Shown in pieces: positions 8,848 to 17,098 of a DNA stretch of 48,841 nucleotides (the stretch's first letter is position 1; each line of letters begins with the position of its first letter). The stretch is from a virus (lineage: Duplodnaviria > Caudoviricetes): IMG/VR virus record IMGVR_UViG_3300043607_000041, positions 1 through 48,841 of that record; one strand, 5' to 3'. The translations under genes were made by a program, and so were the position numbers. The notes beneath the pieces are model-generated. The model was given only the letters and a program-made list of their open reading frames with translations, had not been told where the DNA came from and ran no database searches.

Positions 8848-10451
8848 CAGCCGTCTCATCCGCCCGCGTCCTAGAACATCGCGAGATGGCCCTGCGCATA
8901 GCGCGCGGAATGTGCAAGCGCCTGCCGCAGAGTGTCCTCCGAGAGGACGTCGAGCAGGCAGCGCTCATCGGGCTCTGGGATGGCCTGCGCAAGTGCCCGG
9001 ACCCGAACACACCTGGCCACGAGTGGTACCTGCGCCGCCGCATCAGCGGCCAGATCATCGACGAGCTGCGCGCCCAGGACTGGCTGCCGCGGCGCACGCG
9101 GGGGAGTCAGGGGGAGGGCGCTCCGGTGATCGTCCGCTTCGACGACCTGGGCAACCCTGGCGACGGTCACTTCTACTGGGAGGACCGCCTGCCTGGCGTC
9201 GAGTGGGACCCTATCTCTGACATCGACATGAAGGCGCAGGTTGCCGAGGCCTGGCGCGCACCGCTCATCCCCGCCGACCGCCACGTGATCGAGCAGCACA
9301 CGATGCGCGGCGTCAAGATGAAGACCATCGGCGACTCGCTGGGGGTCAGCGAACCAGCCATCAGCCAGCGCCACACGCGGGGCCTGCGCGTCATGCGCGC
9401 CTACCTGACGGGAGACGTCGACGAAGCCAACCAGGACTGCCACCCCTGCAACCAAATCCCCAGCAGAACCAGACGGATCATCGAGGAGACCCATGAGCAT
9501 AGGAAGCATCAGCGAAGTGATCGAGCGGCTGTCAGCGCTCAGAGCGGACATCGACGTGCGGCGCCTTACGCCGAGCCAATACGAGCAGGTGGGATGGGTG
9601 CTGCGCCCGCTCGACGGCCTGATCGACCAGTGCCACCGAGAGGGATCGCTCTCGTCGCAGCAGCTCCGCGCGCAACAGTTTGCCCGCGTCCTGCCGAAGC
9701 AACCGCACACGACTCCGGTGCCTGGCTGGTCGTCACTCCTCGGGCCGACTTCGACTGGGGAGACCTGCCCATGAGCGCCGCGCTGAACGTGGTCGCGCCG
9801 TCCACTCTGCCGGAGGAGGGCCTGAACCTGCCCGCCGAACTCGACCGGTATCGGCAGTGGATGATCGAGCAGGCGCTGTTCCGGAGCGCCGGCAACAAGG
9901 CGGAGGCAGCGCGCCTGCTCGGACTGAACCGGACGACCCTGGTCGAGATGCTCAAGCGCGACAACGATCCGAGCAGGCCTGCGCTAGAGGAGCAGGCAGC
10001 GCCAGTCGACTCGAAGCCTCTGCTTGAGCGCATGGACGCAATCATCGTGGACACCCTGGCCAGCGTGGGAGGCAACCACTCGAGGGCAGCGGACCTGCTC
10101 GGCATCGGCCGGACCACACTGTATCGGCGCCTGGCCAAGCGAGCGGAACGGGCCTCGGGTGGGACGACAGATGCCCCGGCTTTGGCGCGTCAGGAGAGTC
10201 CCTCGATGATACACGAAGCACCTACAATCATCCCTCCACCGCCGGACCCACCGCCGCCACCATCCGAGCCGCCGTCGGCCGTGCACCAGCGGCAGGTCGA
10301 CCCGTACGCGGCCACCCGGGCGGAGGCTTTGCGGCTAAAGGGCGCTGGGCTTACCCGCGATCAGATTGCGCGGCGCCTCGGTAAGAACCGGTTCCTGATC
10401 GAGAAGCTCATTCGCGAGCCCGTCCTGGCGAAGTGCGGGGGGCGCGGATGA
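8844..10451 (+). CDS. Sigma-70 family FliA/WhiG-like sigma factor (domains about 8844-9420), open in frame to the Fis-HTH module
   Basis: Region 2 EDVEQAALIGLWDG...YLRRRISGQIIDELRAQDWLPR; region 4 MKTIGDSLGVSEPAISQRHTRGL; no stop until 10451. Confidence 0.82.
   Translation: MTAVSSARVLEHREMALRIARGMCKRLPQSVLREDVEQAALIGLWDGLRKCPDPNTPGHEWYLRRRISGQIIDELRAQDWLPRRTRGSQGEGAPVIVRFDDLGNPGDGHFYWEDRLPGVEWDPISDIDMKAQVAEAWRAPLIPADRHVIEQHTMRGVKMKTIGDSLGVSEPAISQRHTRGLRVMRAYLTGDVDEANQDCHPCNQIPSRTRRIIEETHEHRKHQRSDRAAVSAQSGHRRAAPYAEPIRAGGMGAAPARRPDRPVPPRGIALVAAAPRATVCPRPAEATAHDSGAWLVVTPRADFDWGDLPMSAALNVVAPSTLPEEGLNLPAELDRYRQWMIEQALFRSAGNKAEAARLLGLNRTTLVEMLKRDNDPSRPALEEQAAPVDSKPLLERMDAIIVDTLASVGGNHSRAADLLGIGRTTLYRRLAKRAERASGGTTDAPALARQESPSMIHEAPTIIPPPPDPPPPPSEPPSAVHQRQVDPYAATRAEALRLKGAGLTRDQIARRLGKNRFLIEKLIREPVLAKCGGRG
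9493..9774 (+). CDS. Hypothetical protein nested in another frame of the sigma ORF
   Basis: GAGGAG RBS, GC3-rich codons, stop overlaps ATG 9771 (ATGA). Confidence 0.7.
   Translation: MSIGSISEVIERLSALRADIDVRRLTPSQYEQVGWVLRPLDGLIDQCHREGSLSSQQLRAQQFARVLPKQPHTTPVPGWSSLLGPTSTGETCP
9771..10451 (+). CDS. Tandem Fis-type (HTH_8) DNA-binding protein (internal start within the sigma frame)
   Basis: IEQALFRSAGNKAEAARLLGLNRTTL and IVDTLASVGGNHSRAADLLGIGRTTLYRRL, plus a third HTH (GLTRDQIARRLG). Confidence 0.8.
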   Translation: MSAALNVVAPSTLPEEGLNLPAELDRYRQWMIEQALFRSAGNKAEAARLLGLNRTTLVEMLKRDNDPSRPALEEQAAPVDSKPLLERMDAIIVDTLASVGGNHSRAADLLGIGRTTLYRRLAKRAERASGGTTDAPALARQESPSMIHEAPTIIPPPPDPPPPPSEPPSAVHQRQVDPYAATRAEALRLKGAGLTRDQIARRLGKNRFLIEKLIREPVLAKCGGRG

Positions 10452-10615
10452 CCGAGCTCGGGTCTCCCCCGTCCGTCCCAGTGCGCTGGGTGATGCGCCT
10501 GAAGAGCGGACCGGTCCGGACGGCCATCGGCCAGACCGCCTTCGTCGCCTGCGCCAGCATCGGCATCCTGCTCTCCGAGGTGGCGACGATCCAGCCCGAT
10601 GCGGAGGAGGGCTGA
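10448..10615 (+). CDS. Small hypothetical protein
   Basis: ATG 10448 coupled. Confidence 0.55.
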   Translation: MTELGSPPSVPVRWVMRLKSGPVRTAIGQTAFVACASIGILLSEVATIQPDAEEG

Positions 10616-10890
10616 TGCACGACCGGTCAAGGTTCCTCGTGGCGCACGGCGTGGACCCGGTGCAGTGGGCGGCACGGTATGGGCTCGAGCCGTTCACGCA
10701 CCCTTGCTACCGCTGCAACGAGCCAGCCACCACCAGCATCCCGTTCGCCCTGGCGACGCTGCGCGGCCTGGCAGCACCTGAGTGCGCGTGTGGACACCCG
10801 ACTCCACCCTACTGCGTGGTGAGCACGGTGGGCAATGACCTGGCAGATCTGTTTCCGGTTCTGCCGAAGAAGCGAAGGGGCAAGCGCTGA
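10615..10890 (+). CDS. Cys-containing hypothetical protein
   Basis: TGATG coupling, GGAGG RBS. Confidence 0.65.
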   Translation: MHDRSRFLVAHGVDPVQWAARYGLEPFTHPCYRCNEPATTSIPFALATLRGLAAPECACGHPTPPYCVVSTVGNDLADLFPVLPKKRRGKR

Positions 10891-11465
10891 TGCATCCCGG
10901 GTTTGTGCCGAAGAACCACCCGAACGCGGTCAAGCGCCGCGGGGTGGACGACTCCATCGACGATCGGGAGACGCCCGACTGCGTGTACCTGCCACTCGAC
11001 GAGGAGTTCAAGTTCACGATCGACGCCGCGTCCTCTAGCGCCAACGCGAAGTGCCAACGCTACTGCACGCTGCGCGGCACCTTCGATCGTCACCCGGAAC
11101 CCGTGGGCCTGATCCAGGTCTCTACGGAGAACGGGCTTGAGCACTGCTGGGATGGCCAGCGCGTGTGGGTCAACCCGCCCTTCTCGAAGCTCTCGCCCTG
11201 GGTGGAGCGCGCCTGGGACGAGCCCACCGAGGTGGTCTGCATCCTGCTGCCCAATAACCGGCAGGAGCAGCCCTTCTGGCAGAACATGGTGGAGCCGTTC
11301 CGTGACCGACCGGGCTCGGTCCTGACCACTCGGTTCCTCCGCAAGCGGCGCCCGTTCCTGCACCTGGGTGAGGGCATCGGCAACCGCACCTCGAAGAACC
11401 CGCCCTTCGGCTTGGTGGTGCTCATCTGGGATCGGCGCACACCGGGGATCAGGCGCGATGGGTGA
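10890..11465 (+). CDS. Phage DNA N6-adenine methyltransferase (phage Dam-like)
   Basis: DRETP...FTIDAAS..NAKC...VWVNPPFS catalytic motif. Confidence 0.88.
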   Translation: MHPGFVPKNHPNAVKRRGVDDSIDDRETPDCVYLPLDEEFKFTIDAASSSANAKCQRYCTLRGTFDRHPEPVGLIQVSTENGLEHCWDGQRVWVNPPFSKLSPWVERAWDEPTEVVCILLPNNRQEQPFWQNMVEPFRDRPGSVLTTRFLRKRRPFLHLGEGIGNRTSKNPPFGLVVLIWDRRTPGIRRDG

Positions 11466-11694
11466 GCAGCAGTCGCTATTCGCAGAGCCCACCTGCCCGC
11501 ACCACGGGCCAGAGAACGTGTGCGACCGGTGCCCGGAACGGTACGACACGGGCGGAGATGGCTTCGTCCACAAGTCCCTGCTCAAGGGACGGGCCGCGCT
11601 CCGGGAGTGCCGAATCTGCAAGCGAATGACCACGCGCGCGGCCTGGAACGCCAAGAGCTGGACGTGCTGCCTGGAGTGCGCGCCCGAGACCTGA
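11458..11694 (+). CDS. Small Cys-rich protein
   Basis: ATG 11458; CDRC, CRIC and CLEC. Confidence 0.6.
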   Translation: MGEQQSLFAEPTCPHHGPENVCDRCPERYDTGGDGFVHKSLLKGRAALRECRICKRMTTRAAWNAKSWTCCLECAPET

Positions 11695-11731
11695 ACGCGC
11701 GCACATGTCCTACCTATCTTAGTCTGTCAAG

Positions 11732-11765
11732 TTGCACTGTTCACCCTAGGGTGTACAGTTACAAT
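11732..11765 (+). promoter_or_regulatory. Putative sigma70-type promoter overlapped by a 24-bp palindromic operator
   Basis: TTGCAC-16-TACAGT(TACAAT); ACTGTTCACCCTAGGGTGTACAGT at 11736-11759; AT-richer intergenic gap before an ORF with strong RBS. Confidence 0.65.
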
Positions 11766-11808
11766 CAGAGCTACGGGGAACGCTGGTCGTACGGGAGGAA
11801 CGCAAAGC

Positions 11809-12081
11809 ATGAGTCACCGAATCCAATTCATCAACGGTCGCCGGCCCTACGGTGTCGACGAAGAGGACCTCGACTGGCAGACCGTCGCGCTGGGCGACGG
11901 CATCGACTACGACAACCTGAGCCAGGTCGTGAACGATGCGAGCGAACTCGATGCCATCTACGATGGCCGCTACACCCACCGGGTCATCGAGATTGAGACG
12001 GACGGCGTCGACGTCGTGGATCCCGTCACCAAGTGCGTCAGTCGAGCCATCGTCACCACCCACCAGAAGGCAGTCGCGTGA
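11809..12081 (+). CDS. Acidic hypothetical protein
   Basis: GGAGG RBS; first gene after the promoter. Confidence 0.75.
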   Translation: MSHRIQFINGRRPYGVDEEDLDWQTVALGDGIDYDNLSQVVNDASELDAIYDGRYTHRVIEIETDGVDVVDPVTKCVSRAIVTTHQKAVA

Positions 12082-12251
12082 AGAAGCGCACATTGAGCAC
12101 CCGCGAAATGCTGAGCGCGATTGCGTCCCTCGACGCGACGCGCGCCCAGCTCCGCACCATCGAGGCCCTGCGCGACTGGCGCGTCAGCATCGCCCGCAAC
12201 ACCATCCGTCGGCCCGCGTCCTCTGCCAACCTCAAGGCGGTGGGCAAGTGA
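12078..12251 (+). CDS. Small basic hypothetical protein
   Basis: GTG 12078 coupled. Confidence 0.6.
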   Translation: MKKRTLSTREMLSAIASLDATRAQLRTIEALRDWRVSIARNTIRRPASSANLKAVGK

Positions 12252-12454
12252 AGGCAGAAGCCTTTGAGGCGCTTCTCGAGGAGCGGGAGGACCTGCGCCA
12301 GCGGCATGAAGACTGGTGCGCAGAGTGCAGCGCCGGCGAGTCCAGCGCCTACGCCCGCAAGCGCCGGGACGAAACCTACGCCGCGCTCGAGCAGGTCGAC
12401 GCGCGCATCGAGGCCGAGCTTCAGGCCGAGCGAGCAACCCAGGTGGCGTCATGA
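12248..12454 (+). CDS. Small helical hypothetical protein
   Basis: GTG 12248 coupled. Confidence 0.6.
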   Translation: MKAEAFEALLEEREDLRQRHEDWCAECSAGESSAYARKRRDETYAALEQVDARIEAELQAERATQVAS

Positions 12455-12756
12455 GCGCCAGCACTCGCATCTACTCGGAGCACGTGGCGCAGCAGCGCTT
12501 CGAGCGAAATCCCCAGCTGCTCCAGCTCGAACTGCGCCTGGGCGCGGCCCGGCGTCACCTGGATCCGCTGGTCGAACTCTGCGAGCTCCTGGTGGAGCAG
12601 ACCGGCGGGAACGCCATGACCGAGGCCTACCGGCTGCAGCTGGCCGAGGCCAAGCGCGTCGTCGCGTCTCGCAGCAACCTCCGCCTGTGCGCCGCCAAGC
12701 CGGTTCACAAGCATCAACTGACAGCAGTCCTATTCGACAAAGGCGGTGACCGGTGA
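12451..12756 (+). CDS. Hypothetical protein
   Basis: ATG 12451 coupled. Confidence 0.65.
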   Translation: MSASTRIYSEHVAQQRFERNPQLLQLELRLGAARRHLDPLVELCELLVEQTGGNAMTEAYRLQLAEAKRVVASRSNLRLCAAKPVHKHQLTAVLFDKGGDR

Positions 12757-13130
12757 TCGTGATCTCGACCAGCACCCGATGCAATTGCGGGCAGTTCGTG
12801 AGCGTGCGTGAGCTCTGGCACAATCAGTGGGAGGCCTTCTGCCTCGACTGCCTGGACGGGGCGGATGACTCGGCCGAGCGCGGCAAGGTGCGCGGGCACG
12901 CCGAGACCCCGGCCGAAGCACTTTGGTCCTGGGCCACAGCCCACGAGGAAGCCTGGGGGATCCATTGGTCACCGGCTCGTCTGTTCGACGACATCGCGGC
13001 GCAGGTCTCAGCCGAATTCGCGCGTCAGAGCACATGGTTGCTCGAGTGCCCCAACGGTAAGCCCGTCGAGTTCTGCACCAACGGAGAGGAGCTGGTCTAC
13101 GGCCCGCTCGGCGCGGAGGGTCTGTGCTGA
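12753..13130 (+). CDS. Hypothetical protein (CxCG...CxxC)
   Basis: Coupled ORF. Confidence 0.65.
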   Translation: MIVISTSTRCNCGQFVSVRELWHNQWEAFCLDCLDGADDSAERGKVRGHAETPAEALWSWATAHEEAWGIHWSPARLFDDIAAQVSAEFARQSTWLLECPNGKPVEFCTNGEELVYGPLGAEGLC

Positions 13131-13327
13131 GCAGGTACACCGAGGGTGACGACGTCAGCTCGACGCTGGAACTCGACCTGTCGCCCTACCTCGACAACGA
13201 CTCCGAGGACACGCTGCCGGTACCGCTCACCAAGGAAGATGCCATCGACGAGGCGCACGCGCGCCTGCGCATGGGCAGCATCGAGGCGGCTGGAGTGTGG
13301 TTCCTCGTGGCGGGGGAGCTGGCCTGA
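13124..13327 (+). CDS. Small acidic hypothetical protein
   Basis: GGAGG RBS; GC3-rich. Confidence 0.6.
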   Translation: MLSRYTEGDDVSSTLELDLSPYLDNDSEDTLPVPLTKEDAIDEAHARLRMGSIEAAGVWFLVAGELA

Positions 13328-13515
13328 TGCGGACGCGCCACCTGGTCATCGTGCCACCCGCGCCGGCCAGGCCTTATCCGCCGGTCAATCCTCCGCCGCT
13401 GCCGGAATCGAGCCACCTGTATGAGCCGGACTGGATCACCGGGCTGACCTGGTCTCTCTGCTGGATCGCGATCGGGTTCTTCGTCGGGGCGTTTGTTTTC
13501 GGGAGGTTACGATGA
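13327..13515 (+). CDS. Small membrane protein
   Basis: Pro-rich N-terminus, C-terminal TM helix WSLCWIAIGFFVGAFVF. Confidence 0.65.
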   Translation: MRTRHLVIVPPAPARPYPPVNPPPLPESSHLYEPDWITGLTWSLCWIAIGFFVGAFVFGRLR

Positions 13516-13994
13516 GCGCCGCACAGAACGCCGGTCGGTTCTGCCAGTGCGGCTGCGGCCGTAGCCTCGAAGGCATGCAGGGCACCGCCAAGTGGGCGCG
13601 CGGCTGCTCCGATCATCGGCGACAGAAGCAGGTCTCGTCCGAGGCGCGGCGTCGCGAGCGTCGGCTGTTTCAGCAAGAGACACGCTCGCACGCATCGACC
13701 AACCAGATGGGTCGACACTGCGTGAGCAACTACTTTGATCAAGCGACTGCACGCACGCCCGTGCTACACTGCAAGGTCTGTTGCGGGATGTCGTCGGCAC
13801 GCGAGCTGACGCGGCGATACAAAGAGGGTGAGGGTCACTACCGGACCGTAGCCTTCGAGATGTGCGGACGAGTGGTTTGCCGCGGATGCGGTGACTACTA
13901 CGCCCCCGAGAAGATCGAGCCGGCATCAGTCCTACGCTCCAGCGCGGGCACCGCAGCGAATCACGGCCAGCTCTATGGCCACCAGAAAGGTTGA
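13512..13994 (+). CDS. Cys-rich hypothetical protein
   Basis: CQCGCG...CSDH; CKVC...CRGC. Confidence 0.65.
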   Translation: MSAAQNAGRFCQCGCGRSLEGMQGTAKWARGCSDHRRQKQVSSEARRRERRLFQQETRSHASTNQMGRHCVSNYFDQATARTPVLHCKVCCGMSSARELTRRYKEGEGHYRTVAFEMCGRVVCRGCGDYYAPEKIEPASVLRSSAGTAANHGQLYGHQKG

Positions 13995-14000
13995 ACGGGG

Positions 14001-14879
14001 ATGGTAACTGCTCGAGTCGCAACCGCACCGAAGGAGGAGACGTCCTCCATTGTCGTCAGCTATCCGGTCACGCCGGAGGACATCGAGTCCACGCGCGCGG
14101 CGTACGCCGCGATCACGTTCGACGCTCCGGTCGGGTACGCCGCCGGGGTCAAGGCCATCGCGCACTGCCGCGGCACGCGCGGTGCCATCGAGGCGCGCCG
14201 GAAGGACCTGAAGGCGGACAGCATCGCCTATGGTCGCAAGGTCGATCAGGTGGCCAAGGAACTCGTCGCCCTGATCGAGAGCATCGAGTCGCCGCTGCGC
14301 GAGAAGAAGGAACTCGTCGACAGCGCGAAGGCCCGTGCCAAGGCGGAGGCCGAGGCGGCCGAGAAGCGTGCGCTCGAGGCGCAGGTCCGCGCCGAGCGCG
14401 AAGCCGAGGAGCTCCGGCTGCGGGAGGAGCGCAAGGCGGAGGAGGCACGGCTCGCCGCCGAACGGGAGCGCCTGGCTGCAGAACGGGCGGAACTCGCCGA
14501 GCAGAAGCGGAAGGAGGACGCTGCGCGCGCCGTCGAGGAGCAGGCCCGCAAGGCCGAGCAGGCGGAGCTGAATCGGCAGCGCGAGAAGATTGACGCCGAG
14601 CGCCAAGCTCTGGCTCGCGATAGGGCTCGCGCCGAGACCGCGGCACGCGCAGAGCAGGAGCGGATCGCCGAGCAGGAACGCCAGGCAGAGCACGCGCGTC
14701 GGGTCGCTGCGCTGCAACCCGACCTGGAAAAGGTCAAGGCATTCGCGGCGGTCATTCGTACCGTGCGCTTCGAGCAGAGCTGCGGACCCGAGGCCACGGC
14801 CGCCATCACTGCCGCCCTCGGTCGGCTCGCCCGCGCTGCCGATGGTCTCGATGCATTCGTCGCGCAGGGGGAAGCGTGA
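14001..14879 (+). CDS. Coiled-coil protein of the recombination module
   Basis: Long E/A/R-rich helix; IEARRKDLK...GRKVDQVAK pattern upstream of nuclease and recombinase. Confidence 0.8.
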   Translation: MVTARVATAPKEETSSIVVSYPVTPEDIESTRAAYAAITFDAPVGYAAGVKAIAHCRGTRGAIEARRKDLKADSIAYGRKVDQVAKELVALIESIESPLREKKELVDSAKARAKAEAEAAEKRALEAQVRAEREAEELRLREERKAEEARLAAERERLAAERAELAEQKRKEDAARAVEEQARKAEQAELNRQREKIDAERQALARDRARAETAARAEQERIAEQERQAEHARRVAALQPDLEKVKAFAAVIRTVRFEQSCGPEATAAITAALGRLARAADGLDAFVAQGEA

Positions 14880-15991
14880 GCAAGGTCGTCCTTAGGTGCT
14901 CGGCCCTGCCACTGGCGTTCTTGTGCGCCGGATCGGCGCGTACGGGGGACGTGGTCATAAACGAGACCAACGACGCTGCGCGTGGTGGCACGGCTTCTCA
15001 CGAGGGCCTGGCCACGCTGGTTACCGAGGGCGCTGTCGACTGGGATGCCGTGCCCGAGCTAGCCAGCCGTCACGACGTCGAGGAGCCGGAACTCCGCATG
15101 CTGCTCTCGCAGGGAGCCCGGCTTTGGGCCGAGGTCCGCGGCAGCTTCCCCGATCCGCTCACCGAGGTGGAGCTGGAGTACGAGGACGAGCACGTCCGGC
15201 TGACGGGGCACGCGGACATCATTGGGCGCAGTGCCGACACGGTTCACGTGGGCGACTGGAAGTCTGGCCGCGTAGACAAGAGCTATCGTGAGCAGCTGCT
15301 CGGGTACGCCGCGCTCGCGCTCTACAACGGCACGACGCTGGAGTCTGCCACGGCCGGCGTGCTCTGGGTGCGCGAGACCGAGTACGAGCACTACACCCTG
15401 GATCGCAAGGCGCTGCCCGTCTGGCGTGAGCGACTGCAGACCGAGGTCATCGACTGGGACGGTACATTCCGACCCGGGTCACATTGCGCCCACTGCCCAC
15501 GCAACCACGAGTGCCCGGCTGCAACGGCGTTGGTGCGACGCGACGTGGCTGCCATCGCCGACGAGTCCGTGTTGTCTCGTGTCGAGGATGCAGACGCGCT
15601 TGCGACCATGTCTCCCGATGAGATGGTGACGCTGCTCGACAAAGCGGATCTAGTTTCCGATTACGCGGCGCGAGTGCGTAGCGCGATACGAGCGCACGTG
15701 ATAAGGAACGGGGACGTCGTGGGGTGTGGCAAGCGACTCACGCTGCAACACGAGGACCGTCGCAAGCTCCTCACACTCGCGACGTTCCCTGTGCTCGAAG
15801 CAGCCGGCTTCGACGACAACGACCTGGACAAGGTGATCGACATCAGCGCGTCGAAGGCAGAGAAGGTCGTCGCAGCCAAGGCTGACAAAGGCAAAGGCGC
15901 CAAGGCCGTGAGAGAGTTACAGGCGTCGCTGAGAGCAGCGGGCGCGATCGAAGTCGGGGTAGTCACCAAACTAGTCGTAAAAAGGGCGTAG
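14876..15991 (+). CDS. PD-(D/E)XK (Cas4-like/DUF2800-like) exonuclease
   Basis: GTASH, GHADII...VGDWKSG...QLLGY; C-terminal CAHC...C cluster. Confidence 0.82.
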   Translation: MSKVVLRCSALPLAFLCAGSARTGDVVINETNDAARGGTASHEGLATLVTEGAVDWDAVPELASRHDVEEPELRMLLSQGARLWAEVRGSFPDPLTEVELEYEDEHVRLTGHADIIGRSADTVHVGDWKSGRVDKSYREQLLGYAALALYNGTTLESATAGVLWVRETEYEHYTLDRKALPVWRERLQTEVIDWDGTFRPGSHCAHCPRNHECPAATALVRRDVAAIADESVLSRVEDADALATMSPDEMVTLLDKADLVSDYAARVRSAIRAHVIRNGDVVGCGKRLTLQHEDRRKLLTLATFPVLEAAGFDDNDLDKVIDISASKAEKVVAAKADKGKGAKAVRELQASLRAAGAIEVGVVTKLVVKRA

Positions 15992-15993
15992 TC

Positions 15994-17097
15994 ATGAGCA
16001 CCAACAACACCAGCATCGAGAAAGTCTCGCAGGCTATCGAGGCAGCCATCAACGAGTGCGGCATCAGCAGCGTCGCCAAGTTACCTGCATTCATGCAGGC
16101 GGTCCGGATGGCACAGGGTATCCGCTCGCTGCGTGAGGCCCTGAGCGACCAGTTCGTGCAGGTGGCGCTCATGCCGCTCCAGGGTACGACACTCGGGTTC
16201 CTGACCGACAAGGACAAGGACGGAGGCTACGGCCTGGCCGTGGTGCGCGATTGTTGCATCGAGGCGATGCTGCGCGGCTTCAACGTGGTCGGCAACGAAT
16301 TCAACATCATCGCTGGCAGGTTCTACGGGGCCAAGGCCGGCTTGGAACGGAAGGTCGCGGAGTTTCCAGGCCTGAAGAACCTGCAGCTCCAGCCTGGGGT
16401 GCCCGCCATCAACGCTGACAAGGGCGCCGTCGTGCCCTACTCGGCCACCTGGACGTTTTTAGGCGAGCCGATGAGCATCCACTGCCAGCAGACCAAGGAC
16501 GGTCTCGACCTGCGCATCCCGGTGAAGGTGAACGCCGGCATGGGCGCGGACGCTGTCATCGGCAAGGCCACCCGCAAGATGTTGCACCGCATCTACACGC
16601 GCCTGAGCGGCAGCACGCTCGGCCTGTCCGACGGCGAAGTGGGCGAAGAGGCCATCCTGACCACCGGCGAAGCTGCCCCATCCCCCGTGCCCGAAGGCAC
16701 GCCCGAGGGCAAGCGCATCAAGCTGGGTGGCAACAAGAGCAAGACCAATGGGGCGGCAGCCCAGGCGAAAGAGCAGACCGAGACGCACCCCCCGGCGTCC
16801 AACGTGCCATCGCCCGCTGCCGCCCCGGCGGACTATCCCGCAGCGTCCATCCCCATCTCGCAGCCACCGCCGGTGCAGGTGACTCCCGTGGATCTGGTCG
16901 AGCTCCACGAGACCCTCGAAGAGGCCACCAAGGAATTCAACTTCCGTGGGGCTAGCAAACTGCTTGCGACGTGGACTGAGGCGCAGCGCGTCGAGGCGCT
17001 GGCATGGGCCACAGCCGTGGTCACGGATGGATCAATGGCCATTCAGTCGAACCGACCCATTCACACGCTCGTCGGACGCCAGCCGGGAGACGATTGA
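15994..17097 (+). CDS. Probable single-strand annealing protein (distant RecT/Red-beta-like)
   Basis: Immediately follows the exonuclease; globular N-domain (GNEFNIIAGRFY...KAG) plus a disordered Pro-rich tail. Confidence 0.55.
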   Translation: MSTNNTSIEKVSQAIEAAINECGISSVAKLPAFMQAVRMAQGIRSLREALSDQFVQVALMPLQGTTLGFLTDKDKDGGYGLAVVRDCCIEAMLRGFNVVGNEFNIIAGRFYGAKAGLERKVAEFPGLKNLQLQPGVPAINADKGAVVPYSATWTFLGEPMSIHCQQTKDGLDLRIPVKVNAGMGADAVIGKATRKMLHRIYTRLSGSTLGLSDGEVGEEAILTTGEAAPSPVPEGTPEGKRIKLGGNKSKTNGAAAQAKEQTETHPPASNVPSPAAAPADYPAASIPISQPPPVQVTPVDLVELHETLEEATKEFNFRGASKLLATWTEAQRVEALAWATAVVTDGSMAIQSNRPIHTLVGRQPGDD

Positions 17098-17098
17098 A

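Noticed and set aside
10890-11465. Complete restriction-modification system
   Set aside because: No adjacent cognate endonuclease; orphan MTases are common in temperate phages.
14876-15991. Cas4 of a CRISPR system
   Set aside because: No other cas genes or array; context is a phage exonuclease/annealase module.
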